Positions 52,857 to 61,470 of a stretch of DNA of 64,000 bases are shown here, piece after piece (positions within the stretch are counted from its first letter, which is position 1; each line of letters begins with the position of its first letter). The translations under genes and the position numbers were made by a program. The stretch is from a bacterium (lineage in GTDB: Bacteria; Electryoneota; RPQS01), in the NCBI GenBank assembly GCA_023382385.1, contig JAHDVH010000003.1:278806-342805 (forward strand). The letters are read 5' to 3'. The notes under the pieces were generated by a model. The model was not told the origin of the DNA. It made no database searches and saw nothing but the letters and a program-made list of their open reading frames with translations.

Positions 52857-53897
52857 TTACGAAAGGCGTTTTGTGACCACGCGCGCGGTGTATTCAAGAA
52901 GCGTCGTCAGCCGCGAATAGTCCATCCGCGTCGGACCGATCACTCCAAGTTTCCCTGCACTGGAAGCCGTCTTGTAGTCCGCGGCGATCACAGACAGCTC
53001 TTTGGCTCTTGAATCGAGATTCTCGCGGCCAATCGTTATTGATATCGGTCCCCGCAGATCGGGACTCTGCAGCAAGTGAATGATGATATCTTTGTCTTCC
53101 ACTAGCTCGATAATCCCGCGCATCGAACCGGGTGTCGAAAACTCCGGCTGATTGATGACCTGTGCTCGTCCGCCGATCTTCACATTATCTGTTGTCGAAA
53201 AGTTAAACAACTCGTCTGTTGACTCTACGAATAGCCTGATCAGGCTTTGGGGAGTCTCCCCGAGATTCTGCATCCGCTCCGCGATCTGCCCGCGAATCTC
53301 GCCAACCCTTAATCCTGCGAGGCGGCGATTCAGAGCCCTTGTCACCTCGTGAACCGACTTCTCACTCATCTCCTGATCAAGTTCGAGCATGATCGACTTC
53401 ATCGGGCCGGACTTCAGGCTGATGACAACCAGCAATCTGCGCTCGGACAAGCGCGCGAGTTCAATCCGGTCCAGCACCGCGCTCTGCAGCTCAGGAATCA
53501 CGACCACGCCTAATAAATGAGAAGCGGACGCCAAGACACGCGTCGTCGCGTCAAGCACTGACTCGAGTTCAGCGGGAACCGATTCAATTTCACGCTCGAT
53601 ACTCTCGCGTTCTTCACCTGACAAGTCGGCAAGCTCCATGATATCGTCCACGTAGAGACGGTACCCGAGATCCGAGGGCATCCGCCCCGCCGAAGTGTGC
53701 GGATGACTAAGAAGCCCCATTTCTTCAAGATCCGCCATGACATTTCGAATCGTCGCAGCAGACAGATTTATCCCGAACTTTCGCGCAATATGCCGGGATC
53801 CCACCGGATTTGCCGTCAGGATAAAGTGCTGAACAACTGCGCGCAGGATCAGCCGCTCACGGTCAGTCAGCTTCGGATTTGGTCGTTGTATCGTCAT
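52857..53897 (-). CDS. hrcA: Heat-inducible transcription repressor HrcA
   Basis: PVGS, SAATIRNVMADLE, HTSAGRMPSD.GYR, GVIGPTRMDY; ATG at 53897. Confidence 0.95.
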   Translation of the reverse strand: MTIQRPNPKLTDRERLILRAVVQHFILTANPVGSRHIARKFGINLSAATIRNVMADLEEMGLLSHPHTSAGRMPSDLGYRLYVDDIMELADLSGEERESIEREIESVPAELESVLDATTRVLASASHLLGVVVIPELQSAVLDRIELARLSERRLLVVISLKSGPMKSIMLELDQEMSEKSVHEVTRALNRRLAGLRVGEIRGQIAERMQNLGETPQSLIRLFVESTDELFNFSTTDNVKIGGRAQVINQPEFSTPGSMRGIIELVEDKDIIIHLLQSPDLRGPISITIGRENLDSRAKELSVIAADYKTASSAGKLGVIGPTRMDYSRLTTLLEYTARVVTKRLS

Positions 53898-53921
53898 TGG
53901 GCGTATTGAGTCTAATCTAAT

Positions 53922-53950
53922 AAGATAACGAGATATCGGCCCATTGTCAA
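53922..53950 (-). promoter_or_regulatory. Sigma70 promoter of the hrcA operon
   Basis: TTGACA-N17-TATCTT on the minus strand. Confidence 0.65.
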
Positions 53951-54152
53951 GCCCAACCGATATACCCAACCACTATACAATTAATTACTTGCACGGTTTC
54001 GAGCACCTTTGGGACTTTTGCCTGCGGATTGTTGCCGACGGCCGGTCAATACCCACTCTGCGCCTCTCTTACCCGCGGCTGCCTGTCAAGTTCCCAAACG
54101 AAAACGCCCGGCAGGAAACTGTCGGGCGTCGCACATCGTACAGTGTGATTCG

Positions 54153-54722
54153 CTAAATGCTGCCGGTGATGTGGAAACCGAACACGACTCCTGTCAGAGT
54201 GAAGCAGTAAACATCCTCATTCCCCAACCCAAATGCTTGAAACTTCCCTACCTGAATCGCCTCCACCAAGCGGTCGGTGTTCTGCAGCATCTCAATCGTT
54301 TCGCGACACAAGAACTGGCGCGTTTGATTCGGGGCCAAAGCCAGCCCCTCAAACACCTTAAATGCGTCCGATCGGCTCCGTACCGCAACCGGGTTGCCGG
54401 CGGGATCAAAGTTCAGATCCATCACGATCCAAATCTCCCCTGACACCGGAGTGCTCAGGTGATTCTCGGCCAAGACGCTGATGCAGCCGTCCTCGACGCC
54501 TTCAATGGTGAAGTCGCTCCAGTCGCTATTGTCTGTCAGGTCCACCGTCACGCCTTCCATCTGTGCATCCAGCACTCCCCCGCCGCGTACCGACGTGCTG
54601 CGTGTGTCAGTCGTAATCGTTCCGTCCACCTCTTGCGAAACGAAGGCAGTGCCCGAGACAAAGCCGCATCCGCTAACGAACAGCAGCAGGGCAGCCGAGC
54701 ATGCTAAGTAGATTTTGTTCAT
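54153..54722 (-). CDS. Hypothetical lipoprotein
   Basis: Lipobox FVSGC; GGAG SD. Confidence 0.72.
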   Translation of the reverse strand: MNKIYLACSAALLLFVSGCGFVSGTAFVSQEVDGTITTDTRSTSVRGGGVLDAQMEGVTVDLTDNSDWSDFTIEGVEDGCISVLAENHLSTPVSGEIWIVMDLNFDPAGNPVAVRSRSDAFKVFEGLALAPNQTRQFLCRETIEMLQNTDRLVEAIQVGKFQAFGLGNEDVYCFTLTGVVFGFHITGSI

Positions 54723-54739
54723 TTTGCTCTCCTTGTCGC

Positions 54740-55318
54740 TTAGTTGGAGGATTTGGCTTTAATCGGAATGAAATACTGGACGCCGAGCATTGTCTGCCAG
54801 TTCTTCCGCGAAGCATTGTTGTCATGGAACGGCATAACCAAAAGAGACGTCATCACATCAAGATAGATCTTCCTCTGGTAAAGGTTGAAACCTGCACCGA
54901 AGCCTCCGCTCATGCCGGTGAGTGTCTCATCCTCCTTGTAGTCCGCACCAGCCGCAACAGAGTTGGACGACACTCCAAGATGGAGGTACGGCCAGAAGCT
55001 GGCAGGGTCCTTTTTGGCCAAAAGGAGGTTCAGGCCAAAACCGGTGAGCGTTCCGCCCGGAATCGTCAGCGTAGGTTCACCCGGAAAGTCGATGTCCTCT
55101 TCAACGTCTCCCTGCGAGCTGCTCCTGAAGAGTACCTGACCGTGCAGCGGCCCAACAATATTTCCCCGAACCGAGATCCCGAACATCGGTCCTTGGCCTA
55201 CATCCTCCTGGATGACAGGAAGATCAAATCCGCCATGCAAACCCACGCCAAGTGGGTAGTCGGCCAGAGCTGGCAAGGCCAACAGCCCTGTCACCAAAAG
55301 GATTCCCAAGATTCTCAT
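54740..55318 (-). CDS. Small outer-membrane beta-barrel protein
   Basis: Signal peptide; alternating strands, PYLHLG, GFGAG, LGVQYF near the C-terminus. Confidence 0.72.
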   Translation of the reverse strand: MRILGILLVTGLLALPALADYPLGVGLHGGFDLPVIQEDVGQGPMFGISVRGNIVGPLHGQVLFRSSSQGDVEEDIDFPGEPTLTIPGGTLTGFGLNLLLAKKDPASFWPYLHLGVSSNSVAAGADYKEDETLTGMSGGFGAGFNLYQRKIYLDVMTSLLVMPFHDNNASRKNWQTMLGVQYFIPIKAKSSN

Positions 55319-55483
55319 TAACTTGCTCCTTGAGTAAAGTGGAATTCACAGGCAATGTACAAACAGATTGTCTAAGTATCAACAATTTCTAACTATTCAA
55401 AAACTTTCGTCGTGTTCGCTTCCGAGTTTGTTTTCCTCCAACAGGTTGACTACATTGTGACTTGCCTATCTGGAGGAACCTCT

Positions 55484-56812
55484 ATGTTTCTTGCTTGTGT
55501 ACTCTTCTCTTTTGCTCTGGTCCTGCCCGCAGTCGCCGACCCGGGCGATACGACTGTCGTCATCACCTTTACCCAAGAACTGCACAACTTTGCCGCGGGC
55601 GGCCGCGATAACATCGCCACCTTTACGTTCCCTGAGCCAAGCCTCGAGTGCAGTCAGATTACGATGGTCTACCGTCTCGACTGTCCGAGCGCCCCAGGCG
55701 ACTGCGACCCATGGGACAGAACTGCCCGCCTTTATGTGCAGCGTGCCCTGACCGACTCGACCCACGAAGACATCGAAATCGCGCGCGTCATTACTCCCTA
55801 TGACATAACCGGCAGCGGCAGGCCGGGCCATTGCCAATGGGAATTCGACATGATGGAGTATCAGTCTCTGTTGCGCGGCGAGGTGACTCTCCACAGCTTT
55901 GTCGACACTTGGATTGGCGGCAATCAAGGCTGGCTGGTCACCTGTACTTTCTACTTTGTGGAAGGGGATATGGCCATCACACCTTATCGAGTTGAACAGC
56001 TTTGGAACTACGGCGGGCTGGTGTATGGGAATCCGGACAATCCCATTGACAACTATCTTGACTTCTCGTTTGTGCCCGTAGATGCGCAGGCAGAGTTCGC
56101 CACCGTGCGGCTTTGGACCACCGGACACGGGCAGGGCAACACCCACAACGCCGCTGAATTCTCGCAGAAAAGGCACGGGGTGTGGGTTGGACTGGATTAC
56201 TATGAACACCTGCTATGGCGTAACGACTGTGCATCTAATCCGTGCAGTCCGCAAGGCGGTACATGGCAATTCAATCGTGCCGGCTGGTGTCCGGGTGACC
56301 GCGTGTTCCCGTGGGACATCCCTTTTCTCCAAGTTGAACCCGGCTCCACAATTGATATCTGGCCGACCATTGAGACATACGAAAATCTCTGTCGACCAAA
56401 CAACCCGGATTGTGTTTCCGGTGTAACCTGCACGGACTGCAACTACAACAGTACGGGTCATACGGAACCCGTCTATATCACGGCAGGGCAGGTCATCTTC
56501 TGGACCACCCAAAGTGTGGACGCGGGCGAGACACCTATCCCTGTTCCCGCGTCCGCAGTTCTACACCAGAACTTTCCGAATCCGTTCAATCCTCAGACTA
56601 CGATTTCCTTTACGCTTGCGTCAGAAGGGCAAACACTATTGCAGGTGTTTGATGTCCAGGGACGTGAGGTACAGACTCTGCTGAATCGTAACCTCCCTCG
56701 TGGACAGCATCAAGTGCGCTTCGATGGCACCGGCTTGGCCAGCGGCGTCTACTTCACAAGATTGGAGACTCGAAACGAAGTCTTCACGCGGAAAATGTTG
56801 CTGATGAAGTGA
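55484..56812 (+). CDS. PNGase F-like protein with T9SS-like C-terminal sorting domain
   Basis: CDPWDR, EIARVITPY, TGHG, AAEF, W..RAGWCPG; CTD HQNFPNPFNPQT...TRKMLLMK; ATG at 55484 with GGAGG SD. Confidence 0.82.
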   Translation: MFLACVLFSFALVLPAVADPGDTTVVITFTQELHNFAAGGRDNIATFTFPEPSLECSQITMVYRLDCPSAPGDCDPWDRTARLYVQRALTDSTHEDIEIARVITPYDITGSGRPGHCQWEFDMMEYQSLLRGEVTLHSFVDTWIGGNQGWLVTCTFYFVEGDMAITPYRVEQLWNYGGLVYGNPDNPIDNYLDFSFVPVDAQAEFATVRLWTTGHGQGNTHNAAEFSQKRHGVWVGLDYYEHLLWRNDCASNPCSPQGGTWQFNRAGWCPGDRVFPWDIPFLQVEPGSTIDIWPTIETYENLCRPNNPDCVSGVTCTDCNYNSTGHTEPVYITAGQVIFWTTQSVDAGETPIPVPASAVLHQNFPNPFNPQTTISFTLASEGQTLLQVFDVQGREVQTLLNRNLPRGQHQVRFDGTGLASGVYFTRLETRNEVFTRKMLLMK

Positions 56813-56831
56813 CAGAAACTCGCTCCATCGG

Positions 56832-56859
56832 AAAGCCCCCGCGTGCGCGGGGGCTTTTT
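56832..56859. terminator. Intrinsic terminator
   Basis: AAAGCCCCCGCG-tg-CGCGGGGGCTTTTT. Confidence 0.85.
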
Positions 56860-56880
56860 GTATCGACAATTGATTGTCTG

Positions 56881-57396
56881 CTATTTGTGCTTGCCCGCTG
56901 AGACATAAGGAGCGAACGCCTCAAACACGAAATGGCTCCACACCTTATCCACGATTGCGGCAAGTTCCTCGTTCACTTGACCGAGCATTTGCACCGTGAC
57001 TGTGAGCTGCGTGCTGTCACCGTCTGCAGAAAATTCGTAAGTCACCACGTTCGTCAGTGCCCGACCCGAAAGACCCAGCGGTCCTTCGTAGCGTATCATT
57101 GCCGGTCGGTCAGCAAGTATGACTGTCGCATGAAGTGCGCCGTTGCCTTGATCGTCAAACTCCTCGATGAATCGGCCACCCACCCAGGGTTCGAGGCGCA
57201 GAGCGTGCGGCTGTTCGCGAAAAGAGTGATCCCACCAACCCGAGATGTCCCCTGTCATTGCGTCGAAGATTTCTGTGGTCGATCCCGGCAGTTTTGCCTT
57301 CTGCACACTCGTGAAACTGCCGTCCGAGTTGATTGTCAACTCCGCGCGACTCCCGATGGCGAACAACAGGATGATTGTGAGTCCCGCCTTTCCCAT
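56881..57396 (-). CDS. SRPBCC/START-fold protein with signal peptide
   Basis: IFDAMTGDISGWW, GGRFIE, GPLGLSG, TQLTVT. Confidence 0.72.
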   Translation of the reverse strand: MGKAGLTIILLFAIGSRAELTINSDGSFTSVQKAKLPGSTTEIFDAMTGDISGWWDHSFREQPHALRLEPWVGGRFIEEFDDQGNGALHATVILADRPAMIRYEGPLGLSGRALTNVVTYEFSADGDSTQLTVTVQMLGQVNEELAAIVDKVWSHFVFEAFAPYVSAGKHK

Positions 57397-57418
57397 ACTC
57401 TCCCTCCTGAATCGAAGT

Positions 57419-58141
57419 TTATGGCAATGTGACTTGATGCTCGGACTTGATTGTCCAACCCGAACCGAACCCGCTGATTCGCAAAGCCTCTTCCCAGTTG
57501 AATCGGGAGAGCCTTCGCAACAGGGCCGGATTGCGGAGCGTGTAGCTTCCGTCGCTCCGGACCGTAATCCCCCAAGTTATGCCAGCCAGCTGAGTCACCG
57601 ACTTTGGCCCGGTGCGTTTCACTAACCACGACTCGAAATTAAAACCGCTGTCATGGGTCGGGCGGTCCAATAACCAGTATCTTCCATCCGCAAACACTCT
57701 GCTTGACAGAACTGGATTAGTGTAGTCTTTAACAGAGTAGTATGCAGGGTCCTCGTCTTCGCCTCTTGCTCCCGGCAGGCCTGATCCCCCGCTCTGAGGA
57801 TCAATTCGCGGGTAGCCCGGCCTATCTTGTCGTTCCGCAAGCTGCCACCACTCGACTTCTTGTTCGCGAATTCCCAGTTCGCCGTAAGGCTCGAAAGCCA
57901 GTCGCAAATCGCCCTCAGGACCCAATGGCCGAACTATGATCCATCCAAGTGTGTCCTGCCCCGCAATGACCGCGAAAGCATCGCCGCTTGCAGAAGAATC
58001 AGCCCCATTCCTCGCCATGCCCTGCAAAATGATCAAAGCCGCCAGCCCAATCCCCGCACACAGCAAGGTCAGTTGGCTGCGTGGGCGAAGAAATATGGGC
58101 TTAGCAGGGAGAGGAGTTATAGTTTCGTAGATATGTGACAC
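57419..58141 (-). CDS. Hypothetical membrane-anchored protein
   Basis: One N-terminal TM segment; fills the gap before the divergent TetR. Confidence 0.6.
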   Translation of the reverse strand: MSHIYETITPLPAKPIFLRPRSQLTLLCAGIGLAALIILQGMARNGADSSASGDAFAVIAGQDTLGWIIVRPLGPEGDLRLAFEPYGELGIREQEVEWWQLAERQDRPGYPRIDPQSGGSGLPGARGEDEDPAYYSVKDYTNPVLSSRVFADGRYWLLDRPTHDSGFNFESWLVKRTGPKSVTQLAGITWGITVRSDGSYTLRNPALLRRLSRFNWEEALRISGFGSGWTIKSEHQVTLP

Positions 58142-58231
58142 AGGTTACAGAACAGCCTACGACTTGTTTGTAACTACAAGATAATAAAGTAAATCTTTTG
58201 CCGCACAATCTCTTACAGCTTGATCTGCAAC

Positions 58232-58285
58232 TTGCGAACCTCCTGTTAATTTCGTATACTGTGTTCCAACAATGAACACTGTTCA
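58232..58285 (+). promoter_or_regulatory. TetR gene promoter with palindromic operator
   Basis: TTGCGA-N17-TATACT, then GTGTTC-N7-GAACAC and TGAACA-C-TGTTCA (58273-58285). Confidence 0.65.
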
Positions 58286-58295
58286 GAGGGTATGA

Positions 58296-58916
58296 GTGGC
58301 GATAGTTGACCGTAAGTTGCGGGAAAAAGCTGAGATGCGCTCCAGAATTCTGGAGTCTGCTAAAGCTTTGTTCGCGGAAGACGGTTTTCAAAATGTCTCT
58401 ATCCGTAAGATTGCCGACAAGATCGAGTATAGCCCGGCGACTATCTATCTGTATTTTAAGGATAAAGACGCTATTCTGTTCGCCCTCCATAATGAAGGGT
58501 TTCGCGCGCTGTTTACCCGTCAACGTGATTTTGTCAGAATCGCTGACCCAGTCCAGCGACTTCGCAAACTTCTCAGCGGATACCTCGACTTTGCCTTGGA
58601 AGAGCCTGAATATTATGATCTTATGTTCATGCTTTTCACGCCTCTTCCTAAGCTGCTGAGAACATCTGAATGGCGGTTCGGACGAAGGGCCTATAGAACG
58701 TTGCATCATACCATTGTCGAGTGTCAGGGTCGAGGATACCTCGCAGGGACATCTCCGGACGCCGCGGCACTTGGCATGTGGGGCGCCGTTCACGGAATCG
58801 CCGCGCTACTCCTGCGGCGTAGGGCTTCCATGCTGCCTGAGGAAGACCTGCCACGACTGGCTCGTGAGGGCGTGGCCATGCTTGAGCAGCATCTGCTGCC
58901 CGCGAAACCAAAGTAG
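58296..58916 (+). CDS. TetR/AcrR family regulator (WHG-like C-domain)
   Basis: VSIRKIADKIEYSPATIYLYFKDK; WGAVHG. Confidence 0.93.
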   Translation: MAIVDRKLREKAEMRSRILESAKALFAEDGFQNVSIRKIADKIEYSPATIYLYFKDKDAILFALHNEGFRALFTRQRDFVRIADPVQRLRKLLSGYLDFALEEPEYYDLMFMLFTPLPKLLRTSEWRFGRRAYRTLHHTIVECQGRGYLAGTSPDAAALGMWGAVHGIAALLLRRRASMLPEEDLPRLAREGVAMLEQHLLPAKPK

Positions 58917-59048
58917 AATTTCTCCTGTTAATTAATCGTTCCAGTAAGATAGTCGGTAAGCGATTTATCGCTTGCCCACGGGCCGCCAAGGTTACCCGGC
59001 CGCAACGACCCCGTGTCAATCCACTCCACCGGGTTTAGGAAGGACACC

Positions 59049-59648
59049 ATGAAGAAGACGTTGTTTGTAGCTCTTTGGGTCGCACCGCTGCTGTTCTTGG
59101 CGGGTTGCGCTGAACCGCCGAAGGCGGAATCTGATGCCGCCAATGCCGCTTTGCAGGCTGCTAAGACTGCAGAAGCTGATCAGTATGCCGGTCAGGCATA
59201 CAATGCCGCGCGTGATACGCTGAATGCCGCGTTGGCCGCAGTGAAGGAGCAGGATGGCAAGTTCGCGCTGTTCCGCAACTACGACGCCGCCAAGGCGCAG
59301 TTGGTCAAGGCCACTGAAATGGCCAATCAAGCCGGTCAGGCCGCTGCCGCTGAGAAGGATCGCCTGAAGAATGAACTCACAACCATGCAGATGGAGCTTG
59401 TCGCTGCTTTGGCTGCCGCTGACACCGCGTTGATGAAGGCTCCGGTCGGCAAGGGCAACAAGGCTGACATCGAGTTGATAAAGAGCGATCTGTCCGCCGC
59501 ACGCACGGCCTTTGATGCCGCCGTGGCTGATTTCAATCAGGGCAAGTATCTGACCGCGCGTACCAAGATGCAGACTGTCAGACAGCGCGTCACGAACATC
59601 ACCAACGAAATCGCAACCGCGACTGAAAAGGCCAAAGGCAAGAAGTAG
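59049..59648 (+). CDS. Ala-rich helical lipoprotein (DUF4398-like) ending in Lys
   Basis: AGGA SD, lipobox FLAGC, all-helical Ala-rich body, C-terminus KAKGKK. Confidence 0.85.
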   Translation: MKKTLFVALWVAPLLFLAGCAEPPKAESDAANAALQAAKTAEADQYAGQAYNAARDTLNAALAAVKEQDGKFALFRNYDAAKAQLVKATEMANQAGQAAAAEKDRLKNELTTMQMELVAALAAADTALMKAPVGKGNKADIELIKSDLSAARTAFDAAVADFNQGKYLTARTKMQTVRQRVTNITNEIATATEKAKGKK

Positions 59649-59689
59649 GATTCATGTGCCGCGTATGCGGCATCTGAAGTGATCGAAAG

Positions 59690-59720
59690 CAGGGAGCCGC
59701 ACACCCGGTGCGGCTCCCTG
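59690..59720 (+). other. Strong intercistronic hairpin (stabiliser or partial terminator)
   Basis: CAGGGAGCCGCAC-acccg-GTGCGGCTCCCTG 13-bp stem, weak U-tract; a second hairpin TGCCGC/GCGGCA lies just upstream. Confidence 0.65.
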
Positions 59721-59767
59721 TATGTTCAAAGGACAAAAACTCTCAACGACTTTCTCTCTCTATTCGG

Positions 59768-60832
59768 ATGCCCCGCCTCTACGTCGCTGTTTTGCTCATC
59801 TCCCTCGCCATCCTTGGCGCAGGGTGTGATACTCCGCCGCTCGCAGATATGGTTCGGGCCGAGTCGGCGCTCGTCCGCTGCCGCACCGGCATCATAAAAC
59901 AGTATGCCTCCGCTGAAGTTGAAGCCGGCGAAGTTGCAATGCAGAAAGCCCGCGAGGAGATGGCTTATCAGCAGGGACGCTGGTCATTGCTTCGCAAGTA
60001 CGACTCGGCGGACTCCCTGATTGCCTACGCTCGGTCGCTGATTCAGATTGCCGAAGACTCAGCGGCCGTCCGGCGAGCGACGGCCTATGCGTACGCCAAG
60101 AGCGAGATTGATGATCTCGGCGAAGATCTCTCGCTGTGGCGCAAATCGCTCGACCAGAAGTTGACTCTTTACGGCGCTGAAAAACTCTGGACTCTCGCCC
60201 AGATGAGTCAGGCAAATGCCATCAGCTTGATGACACAAGAGGATTTGGAAGGTGCACTGGAATCCGCACAAGAATGCCGAGAACATCTGGCCGCGCTGCG
60301 AGACGCCCTGAATAACCACGATGTTGATGAGCAAGAGCGAATTCGCATGGCCAGAACATGGGTCGCGCATACGCTTGAGAACAGCCGGCGGAACGGAAAC
60401 GTCGCGATTATCGTTGATAAAGAAGAGAAGATGCTCCACGTCATTGATAGTGGAAAGAAAATAAAATCATATCGTTGCGACCTCGGTTTCAATGCCGCGT
60501 ATCAGAAGATGTTCGCAGGCGACGGCGCGACGCCAGAAGGCCGCTACCAAGTTACCAAGGTCGTGCATTCAAGCCGCTACTTCAAAGCGCTCCTGCTTGA
60601 TTATCCTAACGAAGATGACAAAAAGCGCTTTGCCGCAAACAAACGCTCTGGTCGAATCTCTCAGCGCGCGGGTATCGGCAAACTTATCGAAATTCACGGA
60701 CACGGCGGACAGAACAAAGACTGGACCGACGGATGTGTCGCCCTTGCCGACCGTGATATGCTCGATATTCTGAAATTCGCGACAGTCGGAACACCCGTCA
60801 CTATCGTGCGAAAATTGGAGGGCTTCCAATGA
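59768..60832 (+). CDS. Lipoprotein L,D-transpeptidase, YafK/DpaA-type catalytic domain, helical N-terminus
   Basis: Lipobox LGAGC; IIVDK, GDGATPEGRY, LDYPN, IEIHG...WTDGCVAL. Confidence 0.88.
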   Translation: MPRLYVAVLLISLAILGAGCDTPPLADMVRAESALVRCRTGIIKQYASAEVEAGEVAMQKAREEMAYQQGRWSLLRKYDSADSLIAYARSLIQIAEDSAAVRRATAYAYAKSEIDDLGEDLSLWRKSLDQKLTLYGAEKLWTLAQMSQANAISLMTQEDLEGALESAQECREHLAALRDALNNHDVDEQERIRMARTWVAHTLENSRRNGNVAIIVDKEEKMLHVIDSGKKIKSYRCDLGFNAAYQKMFAGDGATPEGRYQVTKVVHSSRYFKALLLDYPNEDDKKRFAANKRSGRISQRAGIGKLIEIHGHGGQNKDWTDGCVALADRDMLDILKFATVGTPVTIVRKLEGFQ

Positions 60833-61470
60833 TCAGAATTGTCCTTATTATTGTCGTCGTGATCGGCGTGCTGGTCTCGCTGGCTTTTGCGCTCTCCAGC
60901 AAACCTGCCGAACTCCCAACGCCGCAAATTATCGCACGGATGGACTCTCTGCTCGCAACACCGCCTGATGAGAAATCGCTGAGCAAGGAAGTCAAGCAGT
61001 TGCGCAAGGAGCTTGAAAAAAGTGTTCCTAAGTCAAAGTATGTCGTCATTGACCGAAACAGCAATACAGCCTATCTCCGCACAGCTGATTCCGTGTTATA
61101 CAAAGCGGTTTGCTCCACCGGTTCGGGGGGTGAGTTAACCGATCCCAAGAGCGGCCGCAAATGGGTCTTTCACACTCCCAGCGGTGTCTTTGCCATCAAA
61201 AACAAGATCGTTGAACCGTGGTGGCGCAAGCCTGACTGGGCCTTCATTGAAGACAATGAGCCGATTCCCTCCAACAATTCTGACCGGTTGGACCCGAACG
61301 TCATGGGTGACTACGCCATGGGATTTGGTGACGGTTACTTTATTCACGGCACTCTCTACGAAAGACTATTAGGAATGTCGGTCAGCCACGGCTGTGTTCG
61401 ACTCGGCTCGGATGACTTGAAATACATCTACGACCGTGTCCCCATCGGGACAGGAGTCTATGTTTACTAA
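60829..61470 (+). CDS. L,D-transpeptidase (ErfK/YbiS/YkuD type), N-terminal TM
   Basis: CSTG, TPSGVF, P.W..PDW, YFIHGT...SHGCVRL, VPIGTGVYVY. Confidence 0.9.
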   Translation: MIRIVLIIVVVIGVLVSLAFALSSKPAELPTPQIIARMDSLLATPPDEKSLSKEVKQLRKELEKSVPKSKYVVIDRNSNTAYLRTADSVLYKAVCSTGSGGELTDPKSGRKWVFHTPSGVFAIKNKIVEPWWRKPDWAFIEDNEPIPSNNSDRLDPNVMGDYAMGFGDGYFIHGTLYERLLGMSVSHGCVRLGSDDLKYIYDRVPIGTGVYVY

